64,000 bases of DNA from IMG/VR virus record IMGVR_UViG_2885633469_000002, positions 32,001 to 96,000 of that record; one strand, given 5' to 3'. This DNA comes from a virus. Lineage: Duplodnaviria > Caudoviricetes. Numbering within the stretch: the first letter of the stretch is position 1; every line of letters starts with the position of its first letter. A program made the translations under genes and the position numbers. The notes beneath the pieces were generated by a model that was not told where the DNA came from, ran no database searches, and saw only the letters and a program-made list of their open reading frames with translations. Shown piece after piece: positions 10,035-21,700 of this stretch.

Positions 10035-11303
10035 CTACCCTTTTATTATTTTTAACATCTCATTTTGATTTTTTATTATTTGTTTTTGATTTGTTTTCAT
10101 TTCATCTACTTCAATAAATAAAACCTTCATAGCTTGTGCTAAAACATCTAAACTTTCGTCTATAGTAAAAGAAGCTACCGAATTTTTATCTTGATAAAGA
10201 CTTAATTCAGTAGCTTTCTCTTTCATATATTCACATATTTCATGTTCAACGTGAGCCATTTCACAATAATGTCCTCTTATCTGTTTCTTTATATCACCAT
10301 TTACCATATAATTAGCTCCCAAACACCTATAACAGTTATAACACTCACATTGTCCGCAACCTTCCATCTCTTCATTCTTTAACTTTAAGAATGGTTTTCT
10401 TTTTTCATCGTCTATACCTTCATATAAACTACCTATCCTCATTTCACCTTTAAAATCATTAAAGTAAAAATGATGACATGGGTATATGTCTCCATTAGGA
10501 ATTATCGATATATAAGTTTTACCTGCATTGCAAGGAGGATTTACCCAACTTCTACCTTCTAATAGCTTACTTAATGGACTAAAGTTTTTTAATTCATCTA
10601 TTCTTTTATTTTTTATCATATCATCTAATATGTAATCTGATATTTTTTTTAATTGTTCTCTATATATTCCTACATCATTTATATCCCATTGTTCCTCATG
10701 CACAGGCATAAACCATATTCTTTCGATTCCACAACCTTCTCTAAAGAATTTGTAATTTTCAAATAAATGTGGCAAAGATTGTTTATTTAAACAACCATGA
10801 ACACTGAATTGTTGCGGACTATCTTTAAAAAGTTCTTTATATATCTTTATATTTTTTTCTACATATTTAAAACTACCCTCCCCATTTTCTCTAACCCTAT
10901 ACATATCATGTGTTTCTCTATTTCCATCACATGATAACTGTACCCCAAAATTTAATTTGTCTTTGTATTTAATTATTAATTTCTTAAGTTTCTCACTTAC
11001 ATATACACCATTTGTAATTAATCCTATCTGACATTGGATACCTGTTTCATTTTGTCTTTTAAAAGCATGAGTTAATAAAATATCAATTTTTTCAGGAACT
11101 AAAGTTGGTTCACCACCAAAAATACTAATATTAATTGATTTTTTTCCTGCCTTTTTAGCATTATTTAGCAAATAATCTATCCCATCTGTTATTACTTCGT
11201 CTTTTATTACCTCATGTCCAAACTTGTGTACAAAACAATACTTACACCTATTATTGCAATTTGTTGTCATTATAAAACTTGCATCTGTTGGTAAAACGTT
11301 CAC
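10035..11303 (-). CDS. Radical SAM/SPASM-domain enzyme
   Basis: CNNRCKYC (CxxxCxxC), FGGEPT, TNG and SCDG motifs; SPASM Cys in CNAG, GDIYPC, CGQCECYNCYRC, YC; likely GTG start at 11303 after AAAGGGA RBS. Confidence 0.92.
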   Translation of the reverse strand: MNVLPTDASFIMTTNCNNRCKYCFVHKFGHEVIKDEVITDGIDYLLNNAKKAGKKSINISIFGGEPTLVPEKIDILLTHAFKRQNETGIQCQIGLITNGVYVSEKLKKLIIKYKDKLNFGVQLSCDGNRETHDMYRVRENGEGSFKYVEKNIKIYKELFKDSPQQFSVHGCLNKQSLPHLFENYKFFREGCGIERIWFMPVHEEQWDINDVGIYREQLKKISDYILDDMIKNKRIDELKNFSPLSKLLEGRSWVNPPCNAGKTYISIIPNGDIYPCHHFYFNDFKGEMRIGSLYEGIDDEKRKPFLKLKNEEMEGCGQCECYNCYRCLGANYMVNGDIKKQIRGHYCEMAHVEHEICEYMKEKATELSLYQDKNSVASFTIDESLDVLAQAMKVLFIEVDEMKTNQKQIIKNQNEMLKIIKG

Positions 11304-11320
11304 TTTATCAATCCCTTTCT

Positions 11321-14300
11321 TTACTTTAAAATAATACAATCAAATTGGGGGTTAGAACCACCAGAATTATATATCGTAACTGAATTTGAACTTTTTTCTA
11401 TGCTTATTTCTCCTACGTATGTCAAAGAACTTTTGCCTATAGGAGTTACAGAAACAACATAGTCTAATGTTCCTAAATTATGTGTTATTGTTGTTCCATT
11501 CATTCCTGAAAATCTAGACGTTGCTTTAAATAAAGCAGGGAGTCTGTATGTGTAATCTGCTTCTCCTTGAATTTTACCTTTTTTAAACCATGCAATTCTA
11601 AGATTTCCTAAATCTGTCACATTTAAGGTTATTCCACCTTTGCCTAAACTCACACTACTAAGCCTTCTATTTGACATAATAGTAGACCCTGTACTTTGAT
11701 TTAACTCAAAAGCACTACCATTCTTATCATACATACCAAAATTATTCTCGTTATTGGCTGTTATAAAAAATTGTTGTGAATTATCGTAAGAATTAAACTG
11801 CAACAACCCACCTGTTTTTCTATCTCCTGATACTACATCTGACATATTATCTGTTGAAGATTTTGCTTTAATCATTATTTTTACATTATTATCTTCCCCA
11901 TATAATTTAACCACTCCTTGATTCAACTCCGCATCTTGAGAAGACATAAACAATTTAGGCTGTTCCAACTTATTATTTAACCTAATAGTCCCCCCTGTAT
12001 CATCACTTCCAGTTAATTCAACTATTTTTTTACTTTCATTATTTTTAATCCTTATTATCCCCATATCATTCAAGGATTGAGTCCCCATCTCAATCCTTTC
12101 TTTTGTCATATCACCATTATATAGTTTCAGAAATCCGCCCGTATATTTATAATCAGGAGCAGAGCCTAAAAAAGCATTTATATTTCCATCCCAATCATTT
12201 AATAATAATTTTCCACCATTACCTTCATCTTTATATAAATCTGCTAACCAGATTTTATTTTTAGAATTATTATATCTAAATACTCTAAACCTTCCATTAG
12301 CATCAACTTCACCATCTATATTAACATTAAATACATCGTCTCCATTTTGATTATTTATCCATATACATCCATTATCTATTCTCAATCCCTTGTTATCTAG
12401 AACCGAATGTGTATTTAAAATATGAAATGATTTAGCCCATACAGAACCATCATTTCCGTCTAAAAAAATCACATCCTCCCAAGGATATCCTTTCCCATTT
12501 CTTTTTTGAAGTTTAATGCCAACTTTAGGATTTAAAAAAATTCTATTTTTATCTTTGTTGCCTTCTAAAGATAAATCCATATTTATAGCTTTCATATGAT
12601 TTTTATCAACTAAAAAAGAAGATTCTCCTTCATCGTTCATATTTGTTATAATAAGTTTATTTGAGCCTACCAACTTGCCATAAATTTGTTCAGCTACGTT
12701 TCCATATGGTGTGACAGCTGTTGAAACTGTTTTCCAATTATCTTTAGTCATAACAAGGCAATTATTTACAATTCTTAATTGTTCGTCATCAGAAAACATA
12801 TCTTTCATATGTATTCCTCTTTCGTCTATCCTTATATTTTGATTCCTAGCACTTAATATCCTATTTTTCGCACTATCTAATACATTACTCATTATTTGAC
12901 TTACTAAATCAGTGTTTCTCTCACTTAAGTTCCATATAGGTTTATACATATCAACTGTATTAGCCACATCATTTACGTTTTTCATTAAGTCTGCTAAGTA
13001 ACCTGCTGTATTATCTGCATCTTCCTTATTGCTAATTGTAATGTTTAAACTATTTTTATCTATTTCATGTGTTATATTTATAATCCTTACTTTATATTCG
13101 GTATTCATTCTATCTGAATATATATGAATAAAATCTCCTAATTTCAATTTATTCCAATCGTGTTGACATTCAACTAAATTCAAAAAATTCACTATATCTA
13201 AGCTTAATTCTATAATTGGCTGAGACAAATTATCTAATGCGTTTTTACCTGCTGATAGTAAATCTTTATTATCATAATAATTTTCATTTTTCCACGTATC
13301 TTCTTTTATAAAATCATCTAACACATTCAATTGTGATGTAGTAAAATTATTGCTTTTTTTAAGGCTTTCACCTAATTGTTTTATACTATTATTATTTTGA
13401 TTTATGTCTAAAACAACATTCTTAATCTCTTCTTCTTTTTTTTTCATTTTATTTTTTATGTCATCTCTTATTTTATTTAATTCTGTTAAATCTTTAGCTT
13501 TATCAAAATCAGATAAATTTACTTTTAATTCCTCTGATATATCTAAAGTACCGTCATTTACTTTTGATATAGGCTCATCTTTATTTTTTTTGTTAAATTG
13601 TATTACGTTATCTATATTATCTTGTGCAATCTCATATTTCACCTTTAAATCAACTAAATCATTTTCTAATTTTGCAACTCTTGAATCTAAAGTATGTCTT
13701 TGTTTTAATAAATTATAAAATATAGGTGTTTTTTCTTCTATTAACACATCATATTTATTCAAAGCATCTAATAAATCTTGTGGCATGTATTTTAATGTTC
13801 TATAATATGAAAAGTTTTCTATATAAGGCATACCAGTAGGATTTATATCTGTTATGTTTAAGTTATCTTTTCCATATATATTTAACCTTGTTATTAAATC
13901 ATCATCTTTCACATGCCTACTTATTTTTCTTGCATAATTTTGTTTTGAAATATATAATCCCTTATCCTCAGTTATATTATCTATATGATAAATATTTATA
14001 ATTTTACTTAAACTATCAAATTGTAAAACACAGTCAAAGGATTTCTGGATGTCTTCTCTAAGAAAGCTTAGCCAATCTTGTTCAGATATATTAAATACTC
14101 TATACTTACGATGATTTTGCCCATCGCTTCTATCTTCCCTTACTTCAGGATCAACATATCCTATTTCCCATGATGTTTCATTTTCTAATATATTTAATAT
14201 TCCATCACCTGTTTCCGATATTATCTTTATACTCACTTCTATTTTATAGTTAATACTATCAGTTACTTTATAAATTACATCTATATTTTCTAATTCGTGT

Positions 14301-14914
14301 AATTTATCTTTTGAGTTCCATTTATATGTATTAATTTCTGTATCGTTATGGTCATAAACTTTAATAAATAAGTTTTTGCCTTCCTCCATAATAAATGAAT
14401 TTGTATAAGTTACATAATTAATATCGTCAAAAGAATACTTTATTTTGTTTACTAATGTCTCTGAACCATCTCTGTATAATTGTCTTGTCCCTACAAAATT
14501 AACTAATTTTCTTTTAGATAGGTTTATTTCTCTACTATAACAATGAATACTTTTTACATATTTCTCATCGTCATCATCTTCGTACTCATTGATTTTGAAC
14601 ATATATTTATTATTTACTTTAACTAACATTCCATCTTTAATAGCATCAATGTTGGGGTTTTTTATTTGCTCATGTTGCCTTTTGATATAATATGGTATTT
14701 TAAAACTTAGTTCATAAGTATCTTTAAAAGGAGTTGTAAAAGATATATCATAGGCATCTTTTAACATAGATATTTCAGTATCATCTTGTCTACATAAAAT
14801 TAATTGAAAATCTTCTTTTGCGGTTTTTAAATCTCTATTTATTTTCCCTAATTCAAATTTATTTTTTACTAGACATTCATCTACCCTTTCGCCATTTAGA
14901 TATACATAACTCAT
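11321..14914 (-). CDS. Tail tip/spike protein (YomG/Tal-like)
   Basis: About 1197 aa directly after the distal tail gene; TRLNIYG..INPTG.PYIENFSYY motif, coiled coil, beta-helix-like C-terminus. Confidence 0.75.
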   Translation of the reverse strand: MSYVYLNGERVDECLVKNKFELGKINRDLKTAKEDFQLILCRQDDTEISMLKDAYDISFTTPFKDTYELSFKIPYYIKRQHEQIKNPNIDAIKDGMLVKVNNKYMFKINEYEDDDDEKYVKSIHCYSREINLSKRKLVNFVGTRQLYRDGSETLVNKIKYSFDDINYVTYTNSFIMEEGKNLFIKVYDHNDTEINTYKWNSKDKLHELENIDVIYKVTDSINYKIEVSIKIISETGDGILNILENETSWEIGYVDPEVREDRSDGQNHRKYRVFNISEQDWLSFLREDIQKSFDCVLQFDSLSKIINIYHIDNITEDKGLYISKQNYARKISRHVKDDDLITRLNIYGKDNLNITDINPTGMPYIENFSYYRTLKYMPQDLLDALNKYDVLIEEKTPIFYNLLKQRHTLDSRVAKLENDLVDLKVKYEIAQDNIDNVIQFNKKNKDEPISKVNDGTLDISEELKVNLSDFDKAKDLTELNKIRDDIKNKMKKKEEEIKNVVLDINQNNNSIKQLGESLKKSNNFTTSQLNVLDDFIKEDTWKNENYYDNKDLLSAGKNALDNLSQPIIELSLDIVNFLNLVECQHDWNKLKLGDFIHIYSDRMNTEYKVRIINITHEIDKNSLNITISNKEDADNTAGYLADLMKNVNDVANTVDMYKPIWNLSERNTDLVSQIMSNVLDSAKNRILSARNQNIRIDERGIHMKDMFSDDEQLRIVNNCLVMTKDNWKTVSTAVTPYGNVAEQIYGKLVGSNKLIITNMNDEGESSFLVDKNHMKAINMDLSLEGNKDKNRIFLNPKVGIKLQKRNGKGYPWEDVIFLDGNDGSVWAKSFHILNTHSVLDNKGLRIDNGCIWINNQNGDDVFNVNIDGEVDANGRFRVFRYNNSKNKIWLADLYKDEGNGGKLLLNDWDGNINAFLGSAPDYKYTGGFLKLYNGDMTKERIEMGTQSLNDMGIIRIKNNESKKIVELTGSDDTGGTIRLNNKLEQPKLFMSSQDAELNQGVVKLYGEDNNVKIMIKAKSSTDNMSDVVSGDRKTGGLLQFNSYDNSQQFFITANNENNFGMYDKNGSAFELNQSTGSTIMSNRRLSSVSLGKGGITLNVTDLGNLRIAWFKKGKIQGEADYTYRLPALFKATSRFSGMNGTTITHNLGTLDYVVSVTPIGKSSLTYVGEISIEKSSNSVTIYNSGGSNPQFDCIILK

Positions 14915-14930
14915 AAAAAACACCTCCTTT

Positions 14931-15704
14931 TTATATTGCTATAGGATAACAACATCTAATTGATACTCTTACATCCCCTCTAATTTCTAGTAAATTATAT
15001 CCTCTTACTAACCTAATCCAGTTTTTATTAAAATTATCTAATCTATACGTATTAGGTAGGTTACTTTTAATTCTTTGCATATTATTGTCAACATATATAA
15101 TTTCATTTTTTATTAAATTGTCAATCTTAAAGATTTCACCAGCATTACTTAAATTTTCTATTTCTATACTTGTATCTCCAACCATTTCTATTTCTATTTC
15201 AGGATAATAATATTTTTTAACATTACTTAAATTTTCTATTTCTAATATATTTGAATTAGAAATAGAAAAATCCCATGTATATATATATGTTGGAGAATAA
15301 GCATAAGGGCTGTTACATTCCATTGTTAATGTTATATAACCCTGCATTGCTCCAGTATCAAATCTTCTTGCATCCCCGATTAATTTACAATAATAAATAA
15401 CTTCTGGATTGTCTAGTGATATAAATGGCTTATAGTCATCTTGAAATAACCATTTAACTACATCTTTTCTAGTTTTATAATCCCACAATAAATCATCATC
15501 AGTTATTTTTGCTAAAGTAATTTTGAACTTTAATGGGTCTGTATTAAAACCATAGGAGTATATGTTATCATTAATTTTGTCTATTCTATTCTCTCTTTTG
15601 TATCCAAAAATAGATTCTATCATATCTGTATTTGTATCTACCAATGTTAATCCCATATCAGAACCTTTTATCCCATCGTACATAAATTGTGTACTTATAA
15701 ACAT
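14931..15704 (-). CDS. Distal tail protein (Dit)
   Basis: 257 aa right after tape measure gene; CNSPYAYS and LVRGYNLL motifs. Confidence 0.75.
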   Translation of the reverse strand: MFISTQFMYDGIKGSDMGLTLVDTNTDMIESIFGYKRENRIDKINDNIYSYGFNTDPLKFKITLAKITDDDLLWDYKTRKDVVKWLFQDDYKPFISLDNPEVIYYCKLIGDARRFDTGAMQGYITLTMECNSPYAYSPTYIYTWDFSISNSNILEIENLSNVKKYYYPEIEIEMVGDTSIEIENLSNAGEIFKIDNLIKNEIIYVDNNMQRIKSNLPNTYRLDNFNKNWIRLVRGYNLLEIRGDVRVSIRCCYPIAI

Positions 15705-15740
15705 TTATCTCAAATCACCACCTTAAATTAAAATACTCTA

Positions 15741-18700
15741 TTATTTATATATACCTCTTTTGTTGTATGCTTTTCTTAATTCCTTTAATACGTCATTTTT
15801 AAGAACACTTTTTAATTTTGGAAATATATTCTCGTCAACATTTCCTTCAACATTTAATAAATTCCTTATTTTTATAACTCCATTACCATTTTCTGGCATA
15901 GAGTTTGTATTAATTTTAGGAAACATACACGCTAAATTATCTCCATTAGGTAAATTCTTAACTACGCTGTATAACTTCTTTGCTTGACTACTATTAAAAA
16001 TTACTTCTGAATTTGATTGACTGCCATGAACCATTGCTAATCCAGAATAGTCCATTACTCCACCTTCACTAAATTGTGGTACTCCTCCATGACTAGCCCA
16101 TGCGATAATCCTCTCCAAAGTTTCTTTTGAAGTTACACCACCTAATCTAATCACCCCTATTGCTCTCAATATATCATCTGAAACAGGAGATACTCCTTTT
16201 TCACCTAAAACAATATCCCCCTCTCTTAAAATTTTTTCTAATTCTTCCGAAGATAAATGTTGCGTATTAACAAATTTATACCCCATAGCAGATAACCACT
16301 TTTGAGCATTTTTTAAATCTTCGCCCCAACCATAAACAGTATTTTTTATTTCCTTAACATCTCCTGCGATCATTTTTTTTTCATAATCAGCATATCCAGA
16401 AACTATTTTATCAGTCTCATATCTATCATTTCCTTTTAACCTTCCTGCTCCATTTAAATTTTTATTATTTAATGCATTTCCAATAACTAAATCATTTTTA
16501 TCTAATTTTATTTTGTCTAATTCATTTTTAGATAGTTTAGTTATATCAATTACTTCATACCCTAATTCTGATAAATATTTTTGTGCAATTATATAATCGT
16601 TTATTTTATTATTTCCATCAGACTGAGCATATACTTTTTTATCTTCACTTTTTGTAATAGAATTGTTTTTTTTAGGCTTTTCTATCTCTTTAATCTTACT
16701 TAAAATATTATCTAAATTCTGTGCAGTATCTATCGCCTTTTGTAAATTATCAATTAAGTTGGATTTAATTTTTGTTCCAATTAAACTTAATCCTTCTCCC
16801 CATTCATCTTCATATTTTAATATAGCATCTGTTAAATTCATCATTTCTCCATTTATATATTTAATTTGATTTCTAAATATAGCTTTTCTTGCTTCTGAAT
16901 ATAAATTTTCTTTCTGCATTAGTTTTTTATAATACTCTTCAGTATTTTTTAATTCTTTATCAAGTCTCTCTTTTGTATCCTCATATTTTTTATTTTCTGC
17001 TTTATTCTTTTCTTCATATTCTTTTTGTATATCTTCTAATTTATCATTAAGATTCTCTTTTCTTAAATCTATTTCTCTTTTATGTCTAAAATCATCTATT
17101 TCTTCTTGTTTTTTATCTATTTGTTCTTTTAAACTATTCTTTTTTACTTTACCCTCAAGTGTGTCTACAAGCATCCAAGAATTGTATTCATATTGCAATT
17201 TTAACTTTTCACTTATTAAAGTATTTAATTGTTTTTCATAATTGTCTGTTTTTTCATTTTTATCGAATTCTTTTAATTGTGATTTTATTATTTCTTCTCT
17301 TACTTTCTTTTCTTCATTTAAATTATCAATTGATTTTTTATGTCTTTTCTCTTCTAAATCTTTTTTTTCATTGTATTGTTTTTTATATTCATCTAATTCA
17401 GTCTCATATCTTTTCTTAATTATTTCTATTATTTTTTGTTCTAAACTCTTTAAATTATCCAATTCGCTTTGTAAATTATTTTTTAATTCTTCGTTGTTTT
17501 GTTTCATAGATTTTGCAATATCTCTTATTTTTTCATTATATTCTTTGGCTTTATCATTAAGGAAATTCCATTCATAAGTATTCTCTTTTAACAAATCTCT
17601 TTCTGCTAATAGTTCTATTTTCGCCTTTTGAATATAAATAATATATTTTTGTTGTTCGTCAACCTTTTTCGATAAAAATCTTGTCTTGTCTTTCTCATAG
17701 AATATGTCTTTTACATTTAAAAGGTCTATTTTATCTTGCATTTCAGTTATTTCACTATCAAATTCTTTAAAATATCTATCATCAAATTTAATTTTAAATT
17801 CCCATTTAGTTTGAAACGCATCTTGTAAAGCCTTTGTCATCTTCTCAATTTCACCTACAGTATCTTGTAGGTCAAATCTCATTTTAACAATTTGGTCTGA
17901 AGTATGTCCACCATACCATATTTGTTTTTGCATGTACTTTTGTTTTTCTAATAATACTCTATTTTTTTCTTTAATTTCATTTGTGTAATTATCAAAATTC
18001 TTAAAACTATCAACAACACTTGTAGACCATTGTTCAGCTCTGTCCTTATAGATAGATGCATTTACATTAGTTCTTTTTATTTTATCATCAAAAATTCCGA
18101 TTGTTGATTCATATTTATCCACTTTTAATTGGTTAAATTGGTCTTTTAATCCAATTAATTGTTGCTTTAAATCCTCTGCTTTATTCCATGCTCTATCTGC
18201 CCTTTCTTCTGGTGACACGTCTTTTACAGAGTTTTTATTTTGATAAGATATCTTACCAGAAGAATAACCTCCACCTGATAATTCATTATAAATAGATTTT
18301 ACAGTAGGTATCCAATTTTTATTCAATCCATTTGGGTCATTACTTGCACCTATTGGAGCATATTTTGCACCTATTTGCTCTATTGTTGTTAATCCTTGAT
18401 TAAAATAAAGATTCTTTAAATTTCTTGCTGAAAATTCTATTCCCTCAGCAATAGAATTAAAATGTTTTATTGTTTTCCAATTATTTTCCCAATCCATAAT
18501 ACCCGATGGATTATTATGATTTCTAATCGCTGGAGAAGTACCTCTGCCAGATTCAAACATAGAAATTGATGCCAGTAAATATGGGTCTATTTCATATTTA
18601 CTTCCTGCATTAACAAAGTCTTGTCCATGACCTCTTAAAACTCCTTGTAACTTATTATCTAAATGTGTATTGCTATAACTACTTGAAGCCACACCCGACC

Positions 18701-21700
18701 TAGCACCCTCAACATTTTTATAACTACTTGCTAATTGATTATTCTTTTTAATTTCTTGTTCAGTCAATTTAATTTGTTGCTTGATTAGATTGCCTTTTTT
18801 GTCTAACGCCTTTATATAGTCCCATGAATTTTTATATAATTTACTATTAGAAGAATTTAACTTATCTAACTCGGTTTTTAAAGCTTTTATAGAATTGGCA
18901 TATTCATCTGTAGCATATTTAGCTTTCTCAGTGGATTTTGTAGTATCATCTAACGAAGGTATGTATTCATTATTATTTGTTGATATTATTTTGTCTAAAT
19001 TTTTTAAAGCTTTTTCATAAGATAAGTCAATTTTATCTATTTCATCTTTTAGTTCATTTTCTTTCCCTTTTTTTTTATTAGCTATATCCGTAAATATACT
19101 CGCAGAAGTAGGACCGCCAATTAACTTCGACCCTATATCTATCACTGAAGGGTTTTTTTCTGCTTCTTTAGCTTTATCCATATAAAAATTATATTTTTCT
19201 TGTAACACTTCAATTTGTTTTTTAGCTTGTACATATGTCATTTTGGTTATGCCCTTTTGAATCATTGCATCTTGTTTAGACGCTTCTAACTTTGCCTTCG
19301 TTAAATCTTGAACTGTTAATTTTTTATTACCTAGTATTTTTATCTCATTTTTAATTAAATTCATATTTTGTATACTAGAAAGCCCAGCCTCGTCCTCCAC
19401 TGTAATCAAACCTGAAATAATAGGCTTTAGTTTATTTGAAATATCTGACATACGTTCTTTTTCTTCTATATTTTTATTTTTTATATCATTTAATTCTAAA
19501 TACTCATTTCCAAGTTCTTTAATTGTATCCTTATATTGCAATTCAACTTCGTTAGTATTTTGTATACCTTCAATAATTTCATGATTTTGCAAATTGTTTG
19601 TAGCTTCTGTCACCTTGTATATCTCACCAGTATATTCGTTAAAAGCTACTCCTGCGTCAGTTAGAATTTTTTTTTGGTCATCTATCTTTTTATTAAAGTT
19701 GTTTAAATCGCTTTCTGCCATTTTGAATATCATCCAATTGGAGACATTCCATGAATCTCCTTTATCCCAGTTACTCTTTTTTTCATTTATTTCTTTTTCT
19801 AATTTTTTTCTTTCTTTAAGTAATTCTTTATATTCATTTTGCTTTTCTTTTAATTCATCTACAGTTGATCCAATTTCAATTTTATCGCCATCTTTTAATG
19901 CCTGATTTAATTTATCATAGCTTCTTTTAACCGAATCAGTTGATTCTTTTAATTCTTTTTGATACTGTATATGTTTGTGTAATTTATATGTAGCTACACC
20001 TAAAATTGCTATAAACCATGTTAAAGGATTTTTCAAAAGAGCTATAGTTACTCCAGTTATACCTTTACGTAATGCAATAAATGTTTGTGTCAAAGCTGTT
20101 ATTATACCATTTTGTTTGGCTGTATACAGAAAACCTTTTAAAACCCCTTTTAATTTGTTTAATCCTTTAGTGATATAAGACGTGTGCTTAAATAAAGTTA
20201 CCCATGCAAATCCCAACCCAAGTACAGCAACACCTGATTTTTTTGATGTAGACGTTATTACATTAAAAGTATTAATAATTTCAGTACCAGCTTTAATAAA
20301 ATTATTTATAGTATCGGATTGAATTAAATTTCTCCATAAATTTTCTAATGCTCTTTTGAAATCATTAATTTTTGCTTCATTTGATTGACTGTAAAAACTT
20401 TCAAACTTCTGCTTAGCAGAACCACTAGCGTCTCCAACTTTTTCTTGTAACTCAGCAACTTTATCAAGATTTTGCATCAATACTAAAAAGTTTTCTCTTT
20501 GCCTTGTACCTGCGAGACTTTTAGCTATATCACTTTTTTGTAAATCGTTTAAATTACCCCATTTATTTCCTAAATCTTCAATTACTGTTGAAAAACTTTT
20601 AAAATGAGTAGCATCTTTTCTAATTGCAACACCAATTTTATTAAGAGACCTTTCAACATTTGAAAGAGGCTGATTTTCAGCATCAAATTTTTTTCCTTGC
20701 TTAATATCCTGATATCTTGCAAAAATACTTTTAAAAGACTCTCCAATACTTTCCGCAGATTTCCTAGTTGTAGAACTAACTACTCCTATATATTCTGAAA
20801 GCCCTTCCATTGACACTCCTGCCATTTGTGCGGAACTCGAAGAACGTTTCATTCCTTCTGCTAATTCTGCAAAACTAGTAGCCGCATTGTTATCAATCGT
20901 ACTTAGAGTATCTACTACTTTCATTGTTTCTTTGGCTTCCATACGAAATCCATTAGTAATAGCAATCAGTTGTTCAGACACATCTTTTGTACTTTGTCCA
21001 GACAGTTTTGCTCCTATTGTAGAACTTTCCAATAGTTTTCCTGTTTCCTCTACATTTCTTCCAGCTCTAAAAAATTCAACTGAGCCTTCCATTATTTCTT
21101 TAGTAGTAGTATGCAATACATCCGCCAACTTACTGTATTTATCGGTTAGTTCCTCTATCTCAGCCTTGTTCATATTTGTCACCATACCAACATCAGTTTC
21201 TACTTTATTTAAGTCATTTATAAAAGAAACCCCTTCTTTTAATTTTCTTAAAACCCCAAATAAAGCTGTTCCTGCTATAGTAAACCTTACCAAACGCTCA
21301 ATACTAGTTTTCATTCTCTCTGCAAACGTAGTCTGTTTTTTGTTTATATTCTCAATTCCTGTAGCCATGGAATAAGTTGACTTAGTAGTATTATCTATAG
21401 TCATCTTATATTTACTTAATCTTTTTCCGCCTTCATTTATATTCACATTAACTTGTTTTATTTTGTTACCCATACTATCTACACTATTAGCTATATTCGA
21501 AATACTAGCATTTAGTCCATATGTTTTTTTTACAAATTTTTCAATATCTTTAAATGAAGAATTTATATTAATTTTTCCATTTACTTTATTACCTAATTTA
21601 ATAATTCTTTGTTGTTCTTTTAATTTTGATTCATATGCATCTAATTGCTTATTAATTTCATTAAAATCTTTAACTATATTTGAAGATTTAGGGTCTAGCG

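Noticed and set aside
10035-11303. Classical secreted sactipeptide/ranthipeptide cluster or anaerobic RNR activase
   Set aside because: No transporter, protease, RRE domain or nrdD is nearby; the size and SPASM domain do not fit NrdG.
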